Shown one piece after another: positions 46,601-58,486 of a stretch of 64,000 nt of DNA. A program made the position numbers and the translations under genes. This DNA is from Daphnia carinata (taxonomy: Eukaryota): NCBI RefSeq assembly GCF_022539665.2, contig NC_081333.1, positions 3,286,001 through 3,350,000 on the forward strand. Reading direction: 5' to 3'. Positions within the stretch are counted from its first letter, which is position 1. Each line of letters opens with the position of its first letter. Below the pieces are notes generated by a model that was not told where the DNA came from, made no database searches, and was given only the letters and a program-made list of their open reading frames with translations.

Positions 46601-49511
46601 TACACGAGACGGCGTACTCAACTGGGGGACAACTTGATTGCAACTGGAGCCGTCGCTATTCAAAAAGGCGTCTTTAAGGCGCTCCACGCGGCTAACGGTA
46701 ACTTTCGATTCGATAGGGGCGGACTCGTTTGGCGCGCCGGACGTGGTCAGCCGATTGTAAGAGCTCAACTGAGAGCACGACGACGATCCGTGCAACGTTT
46801 GGGAACTATTGGTGACGGCGTTCTTAGCCATGAGTGAGCCAGCGAAAACAGGTTTGCTTGCTAACTTGGCCTTGATACTAGCCACGATGCTACCTGATGG
46901 CACCAAGGGTTTGACCTGACATTCTACTAAGGATTTTCGTTGCTGGGAGACGCGACAAGTGCACCTGTTCTCGGCTTCTAGGCGACCGATGCGTTCTAGC
47001 AGACCCGCGTTGACCGTTTGCAGAACCTCCGCCTCGTCCTGGCCGCCGTCTTTCTTCTCCTTTAACAAACGGTTTTCATGTTGCAGTCTCAACAGTTTCT
47101 CTCTGCCAACAAAACAGATGGTGAAATCATAGGAATAAATTGCCCATTGCAAGCGCATGATGACATACCTAATTTCGGGCGGGATCATGTCGAGCGTGTC
47201 GACCCCAGTTGTTGAAGGTGAACCTTCTTGGGGCATCATGGCCCCATTGTTGAGTTGCGCAAACTTAAATTCTTCATTAAGTTCGATAAGCTTGTCGCGT
47301 TCAGTGACCAAACGCTACACGAAGAAGAAGAACGTTAGCATGTAAACATTATGTTGTTTACGTACATTTTAAATTTACCTCTTTTTCTAACGTCAAAGCT
47401 TCATTGCGCTCAACAACGTTTTTGAATTGCAGTTCAAACTTATCTGCGCGCCGACGTTCGTCGTCCAGCGCAGCCTGAACTTCGGCGATCTGTTTCTTCT
47501 GCAATTCCAGTTGGGATTTCCACGGTCCCAGCTTTTTCAATTCCTGAAGAAAAGAAGAGAATGAACAATAGGAAATCAAAGGTATAGAACACAAATAATA
47601 CAACGTGATTGCGTACCTCTTCCAATTCCATGTTTTGTTGGATGTATTGGCTATTCTTCTCTTCCAGTTTGCGCAACTGACGTTTCAGCTCGTTCCCTTC
47701 TTCCACTTTGCGGCGCATGCTGTCAATAGTCGACTGGGCATTTTCCAATCTAGCTGACCGCTCGCGAAGGATGTCCACTTCGTCTTTAAGGCTTCGAGTT
47801 TGTTCGGCGGCACTTTGCAGGTCATCTTGGCGCATACGCAATCTCGCCAAGTCTTGTTCAAGAGCCTCGCAACGTAGGCGGACTTCTTCCCGAGCTGTTA
47901 TTTAAAAAGGAAAACGGGACAGGGGAATGTAATTGATACACTCGTCAGGAAAATGTGGGTTTGCTTACCAGAATCGGATCTCATCAGTTCCTCGGTAAGG
48001 CGTACAATCTCGCGTTTCTGCATTAATGCCGACGGATTTCCCCCATCAGACCTATCTAAGCTTTCTAATGGGACGCCACCTGATCGCAATGACTCGACTT
48101 CAGCTTGTAAATGTTGAATCTCGTCTTGCAAAGTGGATATCTGTAACGATAGTGGCTTTGTTTCAGTGTTGTTCACGTTAAATGACGGCACACTGCAATC
48201 GAGATTACCTGTAAGTTGAGCTTCTGACGTTCTTTGGCCAATAGCTTCTTTTCTTCATTGGCTGCTTCGAGTTGTGCCATCAAATTGTGGAACCCCATTC
48301 CTGTTGTTTGACTGGGGCTTCGTCCGGCCATAACGGCCAACGAATCTGCATTAGGAACCAATGAACCACCAGCTAGCTCTTCGATTCCAGGTAGTCCTTG
48401 AATAGCAGCCATGATTCCGCGTTGGACGTCTTCCTCCATTTGGAGGATTGCCTGGATGAACTCTTCCTGGCGCTCACAGTGAACAGCACATCCCAATACG
48501 AGTTGCAACAAACGGCAGAGTTCCGCCTCATCCTCGCTCTCGCCTACAAGACAACAAGAGTTGATGTATCTACAATCACGACGAGACATGAGAGACAACT
48601 GTCACGAAAATAGCGAAGAAAATGTAGCGGCAGAGAAATGGTTGGCCCGCAAACTTTCTCACTCTTTCCAAATGTGGTCAAGGAAGGGAGGAGTTACGTC
48701 AAACTCTTTCGCGAAAGTGACAGCAATAAAACAAATATAATACAATAGCAAAATCGACTGGTAGCTTACCTATCTTGCTGACGTCTGGCATGGTGAAGCC
48801 GGATAAGCGTTGGCCCAAATGGACTTCGTAATAGTCAACAAGTCGTTCCAATACTTTTTTCCAGTTGCTAACCTTGAGTGAGGAATTGAAAAAAAAAAGA
48901 GTTAGGCAGAGCGGTCAAATCGTGCGTGCTATATGTTCAGCAGCGTGACGGCGAATGGCGATTACACAGTTTCGCCACTATTGTGTTTTCCTTGTCACAG
49001 GCATACATGATAAATAAAAAGGAAGGATGGAAGGGAAACTAGGGCTTAGATAAGAAAAAGAATGTAGGTTTTTAGGAGTCAAATTGGTATAGCTTCAATA
49101 GAGCAAATCACCAAGAGAAAGCTTATGAGTACTTCGTTTAGTCTTATGAAATATTAAAGGACATGTACAGAATTACCTTTAATATTTTGTTGGAAGCTAC
49201 ATTTTCCTTTATTTTTGAAAGCCAAGCTGCATTGAACCATGGAGGATCACTGAGGAAAAAAATGCAAAAGAAGGAACATTTACTTAAATAGCTACAACTA
49301 ATTGACACATTGCATAACCTACATTAAATTCAGCACTTTTGCTACAGTAACACTGTCACTCAAACTGGCAGCATCAGGCTGTGGTGAATCCAAATTGAAT
49401 TGATGAAGCTGTGAAAATTTAGTAATAATTAACTGGGTTGCATCATAGGGGATAACAAAGGCACTGACTTACCCATTGCAAGAGGTGGTGGAGCTGCCAT
49501 TGTGCAGCCAT
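43628..49511 (-). CDS. hook: Hook dynein/microtubule cargo adaptor (canonical isoform)
   Basis: Spliced N-terminal Hook domain (LLQWLHQF, IDPPWFNAAWLSKIK, VSNWKKVLERLVDYY, ELCRLLQLVLGCAVHCERQEEFIQAILQMEEDVQ), long coiled coil (LKDEVDILRE, PPEIREKLLRLQHEN), and C-terminal MEERYKRYIEKAKMVLKTLDPK..EDQLVTTAFYNLG..FLTRSRQA. Stop at 43630-43628. Confidence 0.95.
45842..46964 (-). CDS. In-frame intronic read-through ORF of Hook: putative alternative terminal exon (373 extra aa)
   Basis: Stop-free continuation from the donor after RLEAENR (46964) to TGA at 45842, inside the 46964-44487 intron. Coding-like GC-rich composition. AATAAA on the minus strand at 44751-44746. Confidence 0.7.
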
Positions 49512-50157
49512 GATTCTGCACTAGGGATTGGGAAAACAAAAAATAACAGAAATCCTAGCTGCTCTTGAAACGTTGAAGCTCTAGAGTGCTAGCGAATGCA
49601 AGGGTCGCATTACTTGAACTACGATGTAAACAAAAACAAAACAACAGAAATATTAGAGGAGATGTGTTAATGGACAAAACATGAAACGTCAACCATGAAA
49701 GGCCACCCAAGCAAGCACAAATGACAACAACGACGCGACGTAGCTCCCTCTATCTGTCACCGCAACATCTAATGAAACTTGTACTTGTTGATTTGTTTAA
49801 TATAACGAAACGATATTTTCTTGTCGTATCAGGTAAAATTGATATATTTTTTTCTTTTATTTGTTTGGTACCGAGTTGACTCGTACTTCACTTCTTTGGC
49901 CAAAAAGTACAAACTGTTTAGCTGTTCAGTGTGAAGTTATAATATGGCAACGTTGCATCAATTCTACGCTAATTGTCGAACAATTTGGTTCGAAAATGGA
50001 ATAAAGAGCGAAAAAGTAATGTTGGAATGAGACATTAAAATTGATTGCATTCATGATTACATCTCTCGTTAAAATAGACACTAGAGAGTCAACTGAATGA
50101 GAAGAATGGATGTAAATGTTTTCCATCAGTATTCTATTGCATCAGATGGGCTCTGTC

Positions 50158-53100
50158 CTATTCTTCCATGCTGGCCCCCGACGAGTAAGGAGATAAACTT
50201 GAGGATATACTTGACTTTCGACTAGATTGTTGAGATCTGATGGACACCATGAGTAAATCGCTGTCACCAGCAGGCGTGACCTTGTCACCAATTCTTTTCT
50301 TTTTGTAGTATGAAAGAACTGAACTAAGAAGACTAGTCCTTGCTGATGAAAGGCTAAACATCTGGTCACTGAAGAGGTCAAAATTTGCTTCCCTTACTTC
50401 TTTCAGTGAGGACAAAGATTTAATTCCATGCTTTTTCATCCTTCCTGTCACAGGCAAACCCTTGGGAAGCTCAATCTGACTTGGTTCGTGAAGTCTCAAA
50501 CCACAGAAAGGAGTTCCATCTTTGACATGCTTTTTCATGTCCTTCTTGCCTTCCAACTCTTTCAGCTTTATCTGATTTAATGGCACAAGCTTCGTAGCTG
50601 TTGGTGGCTCTTTGGGTAATTCCACTTCCCAGTCATATACAGGCCCGATTTCTTCTCCTGATGCTTTTGTCAAAGATTTAACACCAGCATTTTCAACTTC
50701 TTTCAGCCTCTCAGTTACAGTGATTGAATCAGCAAAGATCTTTTTCAAGTTTGCAATGAATTTATCGAAGACTTCGTCTTCTGTGTGATATCCGAAATCC
50801 AGGAGACCTTCACGAAAACAATACGGAATTTTGCTCTCTGCCCCCATTCCAGTTTCTTCAGGCTCTTCTTCTTTCGCCCTGCCCAGCAGAGCCTCGACTA
50901 TCCGGGGTCCTTGCCCGTCCTGGTTTGACTGGCTTAACTGAACGCTTGCTACTGAATCACCGCATGCGATGTATAACACACGCTCAGATGCAAGGAGTGG
51001 CCTCTGACAACCGAACTGAACTCGATCTTCCCTGTTTCCGGTGCTGAAGGCCAAGTGGATCGTGTTCAAGCATTTCCCTTCGTTAAGATCCCAGTATCGC
51101 AGCTCCTAGTATAACAACATTAACTATGTAATAACCTTTTTTTTTTTCGAGAAAAACTAACAACACTAATTTTTATGACTAATAATTTCTTTCTTTAATA
51201 CTTACAGCCTGATCGGAGAGACTCCATAGGAAATCGGATTGCTTTACCAAGCAAACTGCCGCAATAGTGGCGGCGTGCCCAGTCAAAACCATCCATGGTT
51301 TTGCTAAATGAGTAGCACTCCACGTGCGGATCATGCCGTCTGTACTGCCCGTCACAATCAAGCCCTTTTCGTCGTCATAATCAAAGCACGTTATCCCCTA
51401 CATACCAGTGAAAAAAAATTTCTCATTCTTACATTATCTGTTTTTAACAGGAATGTATTACGAACCACACTACTTACCGGGCCTGTTCGAAGAATCACTG
51501 ACGGCACAGCTACTGGATTGTCTATTCCTCCGGATTGGGGACGCAAGTGACGTATGAGTAATGACGTGGAAGAGCTCTTGCTGCAAGAAACGACACGTGA
51601 CATAGTTGGTTTTAAATCCACCTGTAACACAGGACTCTCATGGCATCCTGGCATGATGGAAAGCGTCACCATCCCGGCTTGCAGGTGCAATTCCTGTTTT
51701 ATTGTTACAATGCATAAATTGATAATTTTCAATCATTTTAGATAGTCGTACTCGCCAATAGACATGTTGAATCTCGCCATCCGCTTCTCTTTTTTTGAAG
51801 AGAGAAGTTGAAGCTTTTAAGAAACGCAGTACAAAGACGTCACCGCCGTCGTCGCCGACTCCAAGTAAAGGTTCTACTCGTTTGGCTTCAGGTACCGGAG
51901 CCATGTAAGCCAGTGACGTCGGAATATCCTTCATTCCATCAAGCCGGAATCTCTCGACAAAAGGAGTCACGACGGTAGTAAAAAAATGTAGACATCGTCC
52001 TAGAAAAATTATTTCAATTAAATATTCATTTTTTTCCCCCTCTAAAAAATTCAATTTTATTTAGCAAGCGCAAGAAATGTCTTAACTCACCGCTTGATGC
52101 CACTACTAGGGAACTGAATTCGTCCATATGAATGCAATCTGTAATCCAGCCGTTCAAGTGCGTCTTCTTTTTTTTGGTATGAAAAGTAAAGAAGAAAAAA
52201 CATATTTTTGAACGTACGTTTCATAATCCCTTTTCGTTTTTCAATACAGATGAACAAAGAACGAGGTTTTTTTTTTTCAAAAAAAAAGCGCTGCGTTTTT
52301 TTAAATATCCAAAGTGGCAAAGTTTATTTGGCCGTCACCATTTGGACCACCACTCGCGATGGACGGTGTGAAAAGGGGTGAAGTGTTTATAGGTCTATAC
52401 CTAAGCTTCTTGAGACGCATATTGAAAATCCTCACGTGATAGATATCATAAGCTCCTGCAGCTTATGCCCTATAGAGTCAATGTTTCAAGAGGACCCAGG
52501 TGTTCGTTGCTCGTTTCCCTTTTTTCATTTTAAAAAAAAAAATAATACCTTTTTTTTTTTTAAATAGCAGAGCTGCGATGAAGCGGAAGGATTGAAAATA
52601 TTTTTGCACCGCTCCGTTACTATATGCGCGAAGTTTACTGGACTGTGCTCAGAATTCATGACATTCTTTTCGCACGTTGAAAATGCAGAATGAAAAAGAA
52701 AGAAAAAAAAAAAAAAAAAGATTTTGGGTCCAAAGGCCATGGAATGCGCATTGTAATTCGACTTTTGAAGTCGATTCAGGAAAGAAGAAAAGAGAAAAAA
52801 AAAACCTTTTGACTGGAACCGGCATTGTAAGTGATGCCTGTTGAAGAAGTAGTAGCACTGGGCCTTCTGCTGCTGCCTGACGTTCTAGACGCTGCTGACG
52901 GAATTGATAATGGGGTTTTGATGCTGGCTACTGGAGCGGAGCACATACGAAGCGTGAAAGCCGCGGCCAGCTTCAAGGACAAGTCGTAGACGGCCACGCG
53001 CCCTTTGGCCGACACCATCACTAGCGAGACGGGCTGCTGTTGTTGTCCACTACCGGCATTCTTGTGATTCACAGTCATCATCCGCACAATGCTCTCCCTC

Positions 53101-53340
53101 TATACAAGTCACAAACAGAAAGAGCCAGAAAGAATTTATCCAGGAGAAAAAAAAACAAAAACAAATTCAACCTGCCAAATTGTGAAGAAAAGAAGCGCAG
53201 GTAAAGGAAAAAAATATATATAGAAATTAATGGGCTAGTAGAAGGTGACTATAGGAAAGATATTTTGATCGGTTTCTAAAGATAAAAAATACCTTTAACG
53301 GGGAGCAGCAAGTGTAGGAGACTTGCTGGTTGCCGGCCAT
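50158..53340 (-). CDS. WD40-repeat protein resembling the WDR49/WDR64/WDY group; 5' end uncertain
   Basis: Spliced exons give WITDCIHMDEFSSLVVASSGRCLHFF, LGVGDDGGDVFVLRF, HESPVLQVDL..VVSCSKSSSTSL, GITCFDYDDEKGLIVTGSTDGMIRTW, LTGHAATIAAV and ELRYWDLNEGKCLNTI, followed by a long last exon. The ATG at 53340 is tentative; further upstream exons are possible. Confidence 0.7.
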
Positions 53341-56300
53341 CGTTGTCTGTTATGCGTGCGCCCCGACAACAGCCACCGTGTGGAGGCAACCAAATAACAG
53401 GCTTGTTGTTGCTGGGCAACGTTGGTCAAGCAAGACAAATGACAGCACTGGACAGCTAGAATGCGAGCTTTAGGGACAAAGCAACAAACAAAACACGCAC
53501 GTATACACACACACACTATTTGTTTTATTTTTAAAAAATATGTTTTTCATTCCTTTTAATATGTTGGAACAGTGTGGGAACCAAACATAGGAGGCTGGAC
53601 AAACTAGGTAAAAAAAAAAAAAACAACCGCCTGGACACATTTGTTAACTCGAGACAAATTCGATGGAATATTTGGGTATTTATCATATTCCCCTACCTTC
53701 ATAACTAACATTTTCAAATCGTTTTTAAAGAACATTCATTGCATTTTCCATGTCAACAAAGAGAACGAGGATAGGGGGGAGAACAGCTCGGGTGGTTCAC
53801 AGAACGTGCGGTGAATGCCGTAAATACCACCGTTTGTGCCTCTCATCGATCAGGAACCCCCCAAGTTCGTTCATCATGAACACATTGACGATGGATGAAG
53901 AGGAGCCTGACCAGAGTTAAATCCTCACGACCGGACGACGTACCCAAATACACAAGCGGTGGGAAAAAAGAAAAATGAAAGAATAGAACGAAACCAACAA
54001 ACGAAAAGGGCACGTCTTTCTCAGACGGAAAATGTTCCACGACGGAGGAAGGGAAAAAAAGCGTCGCACTACGTGCTACCGAGAAAGGCACGTCAGATTT
54101 CCTTCCAATTCAATAGCAAAAAAGTATTTTCTTTTTTAAAAAGGACCCGATGAAAAGAGAAAAACGTAATCACTTTTAATGTTATTTAGGTTTTTGTGGC
54201 TCCACTTCTTTAAGATATACCTGAAAAACATGCGCTACGAACCACCAACGAGGGAGGGGGGAGGATTTAGTTGTGTACAGTTGAGCTTATAATATGGAGC
54301 TTAAAGCTGTATACAATCGCCGATTGATTGAACGTCATCATTGCCACCTTAATGGCCAACAATGAAAAGCACAAGCTCAGCCAGCTCCCTTATATTCGTC
54401 GCTTCATGGTGTTACTTAACCTCCCCTCGCTCATTTCTACCTGGATGGACACGGACAATGAGGACGCAAGGCCCCAGCGCGGACACATCAACATCGATTT
54501 CACGCGAGCCATGAGTAAGTCAAAAATTGAGATTATTCTTTCCTTAAATTGTAAGGTCGCCTACTCCATTTTTTCTACACGAAAAAAAAAAAAAAACGAT
54601 GATGACAAAAGGTACTTTTGTTGTTGTTTGTGGGCCAAAAGAGCATCATCACTCCGCTATTGGAAAGGGACATTCCAGTTTATTTGTGATAGGTCTCTGC
54701 AATTATGAGAATGCGACTCATTTAATTCGCTTCGATTTTGCGGATGAATTCAAACGGGAATGTTTTCGGCACTTTGTAGTACGCAGAGGACGATGTACTC
54801 TGAAATCTGAAAATATGTCTACACTATCCAACACACAAAAAACGTTAGCCCTTTCTTTCGTCAATGTGCGCTCGACAGACGAAAATGAATAGAAAAAAAA
54901 AAGCCCAGGTATAGAACCGAGAATTTTTTTTTTTTCAAAACTATTCATCCAATTTCTCCGGATAAATAGCTCTAGGATTTTTGTTCTTTTCATGTGTGCA
55001 CTAAAAAAAAAAAAAAACCTCTAGTAGTATATAGTCCAATGTACGTCATTGTTTGCCCTTGCTAAAGTAAAGCAGACAGGCCTTCTTCTTCTCCCCCCAT
55101 CCAAAAAAAGCTACGAGAATTATAGAGCCCAGAGTCTATTTTGTGTATAGGTGTTTTTATTCCGTTTTTTCTAACAGCAGTTATCAATAGGCTTCTTCTT
55201 CTTTTCCTTGTAAACACAGTCCAAAATTTTTTATTAGTGCGCACCATACCTGGTGTGGTAGCTAAAAACAGGGTCCCCAGGTGTTTTGTAGCTGCAAAAG
55301 ATGCTGCGACCTGTTTTTTGTGTGGTCTTTTTCTTCTACTTTTATTTTTTCCCTGTTTTGTTTGAATTTTTATTTTTTTTTCCTTCTGTTTGTTGTTGTT
55401 TTTTTGTTTGTTTTTTTTGAGGGGGGAAGTAGGAGGAGAAGAGTAAACAGTTTTGGGATTCGTTCATCGTGATAAGAAAAGGAGAGCCTTATCGGGACTG
55501 GGCCATCTTTTTCTCCGCGTCGCGGATGATCGCTTAAGCAGATAAAAACTCCTTAAACGTTGATCTTCTTTTATTTCTTTTGACCCGCTATTTGATTTTA
55601 TTCTATTTATATTCTACTGTAAAACATAAAAAAAAAAAAAAGGGGGGGGGGAGAGAAAATGTTTGTCGTGATGGGGAAATCATCCATTCATTGCCCCCGT
55701 GTGGAATGATTACAACTATAGTATAAATTCCATGTCGTCTTATTAAACGCCATAAAAAAAAAAAAAAAACGAAAACATTTTCCAAGATTTCTCCTCCTCA
55801 TCTTCCACCCTCGACAGAGAATTCGTAGAAAGAACTTGCAAGGGAATTAAATGTCTTACCTGAACTCGTTACACAGCAAAAGCTCCACAAAACTCTTTTT
55901 TAGGGCTCGCATTAATTGAGTTTTACTCTTTAAAATAAAAAAATATAAAAAAAAAAGGGGTGAAGATGGACCTCTTTCGCTTATCGTCAGTTTCTCTTTT
56001 CCTACACCCCTGAAAGAAAGCGCCTTCGAATCATTGGCTAGCAGCGGTGGGTACGCCTAGTTTATAGGCTCCGAAACAGAAATGACATGGTGTACTGTAT
56101 TTTTCTTTTTAATTTATATATTTTTTTTTAAATGGATCGCTGTACAATTACAAGGTTGGAGCACAGCAGTTGAATTCGAAAAAACGAATGGGACTATCTC
56201 TTTTTTTTTTTTTTTTTTTTCTCATTTCCAATGGTTCGAAATAATGGACCTGTGGAATGTTTAAAGGCTAGCCAAAAAATACTCGCATCCATCGGAAGGG

Positions 56301-57487
56301 GTCGAAGCGAGCCTGCGGGGTGGGCCTCGGCCGGATGGCGGCTATCGGATTGCAGGTATCTCAAAGCAGACAACAACAGTCGAATAAGAGAGGGAGGGAG
56401 AATGGAACTGGACTCGAAGAAAGAAAAAAAAAAAAAAAAAAAAAAGGAGGAAATATGTTGTACGCTGACCTTCTGTTTTCAGCTGCCGTTTAGCTCCTCC
56501 TCCATCATCCAGCTCCGAAAAAAGATAGGCAGGGGGGCTCGTTGAAAGTGTAGGAAAGGTGGTACCCCCCCTGTTCTATTGGGAAGTGATTCTTTAGATA
56601 AAAAGAAACTTAAACATAATCAACAGCCCCAAATAGATTTTTTTTTAAAAACGCCTTATGTAGTTCCAGATAAAATCTGAAAGAAATGCGAAACACTTTG
56701 AAATCAATGAACTCCTCGACTTTCTTTTCTTAAATTTTGAAAGAAAAAAAAAAAAAAGAGAGGAGGCAGTTAAGAAATAAACCGAGTAAGGTGAATGGGC
56801 GGCCATTCATCATCAAATGGATGGCAAAGCACGGGGCATTTCCCCCTTTAAAAAAAAAACTGGGCGAACATCGTCAGCCATGCCTAACTTTCTTTCAAAT
56901 TCTATTGTGTGCACGGTAAACTAGTTGTTGTAATAGTCGGTAACATCTCGGCTCATCTCAATTTTTTTTTTTTTCCCTCAAACTACAAGACGATGATGCG
57001 GTAAATGACGTCCGACTCGCCTGTTTGTTTCAACGCACAAAACAAAGAGAAAAAAAAAAAATGAAATCCCACTGTAGTAGCAAAAAAAGGGCTAACATCA
57101 TTGTATGATATGATGATGATAGTGTCCCGAACTGGTAGAAAAAAGAAAAATATTATGTCAAAGTTGTGTGTTGTTTATAACAACAGCCGCCATTTCCCAC
57201 GGCTCCATATCGTGGCCCTCTTAGTGAAAGAGCCCTTTAGGGGACGATGTTTCTCAAACATCTTCAGCATCTTTTTTTCTTTTTATTATTATTATTATTT
57301 TCTTTTGGGGAAATGGCCGACACGACCGACAAGAACCGATCCAAAGTGGCTCTGTGCACACACAGACACATAAAAATGCCAGTTCTTTGATCGCATTCCT
57401 TCCGCTGACCGTGATCCCTTTGTGAATGTTGATGGCATTTTATAACCCAATCAAACGCAGGAAAAAAGAGGTCCGATTTCTATTCGC

Positions 57488-57519
<32 letters not shown>

Positions 57520-58455
57520 AAATACTTTACCCAATATACCCCCTCGTATTTCACAAAGTGGATGCGCCCATCCGGCGCCGTGTCGTACGTGATGTTTTTC
57601 AAAAAGCCCCACAAAAGGTGGGGGTGTGATGGGACTTTTGCTGGGTGCAGCGACTTGTTCGTGCCTCTGTGTAAGCGTCTTGCATTATGAAACATATTCG
57701 ACTCTCTTCGTTCCTCGTTTTTTTTTTTTTTGCCGACCGGAAATGGCGTTGTGCGTGGTCCGCTCAAACTTTCTCACCTCTCAGTTATATGTTACAAACT
57801 GCACTTAAATTTTTTTTTTTTCGTGTAAAAAAGCTAATGCTTCAGGAATGCGTCTTTCCAAAAACAAAATGGAGAGATTTCTTTTTTTTTTTTTTTTTTT
57901 TTTTGTATGCGTATCATCATTTGTCTCTCATCCGGAGAGGGGGGGGGGGGGAATGAGAATGAGATACATGAGGTCCATCAGAGTCTATATACTCTTCCAA
58001 CCGGATACATAAGGGCACTATCCGGCGATAAGTTTTGGCTGGGAAATCATAATGTTCTTTTTACCGTTCCGTGCTGTTTGTGGATGTTTAAAAGGCCTTG
58101 GTAAATAAGAAGAAATAAGCGGAGGCGGGGTGTGTAAGGAACGGACGAAGTATTTAAAAGATAGATTGTGGAAAAGAAAAAAAAAATGAGAGGAGCGAAG
58201 GCACGTGAGAAAAAGCGTTCCGCTGGGCCGGATCGGACACACAGGACCAGCAAGCCCGTCGTGTCATTGGCGAGTCCATCAAGCGTGAAGAACAACGACG
58301 GCCAAGTGGCACGGCCTCTAAGAAAACAAGCGGCTCCGTTCTTTTTTTTTTTTCTTCTTCTTCTTCTTTCGTTTCAAAAGACATCTATTATACACCTCGG
58401 CAAAAAAATGATTGCGCAAGTCTTAGTCAGCAGCCAAACTAAGTAGTTGTATTTC

Positions 58456-58486
<31 letters not shown>

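Noticed and set aside
47103..47168. ORF track reads through as YVIMRLQWAIYSYDFTICFVG inside Hook
   Set aside because: This is a 66-nt stop-free GT-AG intron; removing it restores the conserved PPEIREKL motif.
53808..53819. GCGGTGAATGCC matches the 3' half of miR-124
   Set aside because: The seed TAAGGCAC is absent and there is no proper precursor hairpin; a chance match.
54445..54520. Possible + strand exon MDTDNEDARPQRGHINIDFTRAM ending at gtaagt
   Set aside because: No supporting promoter, partner exon or recognisable homology.
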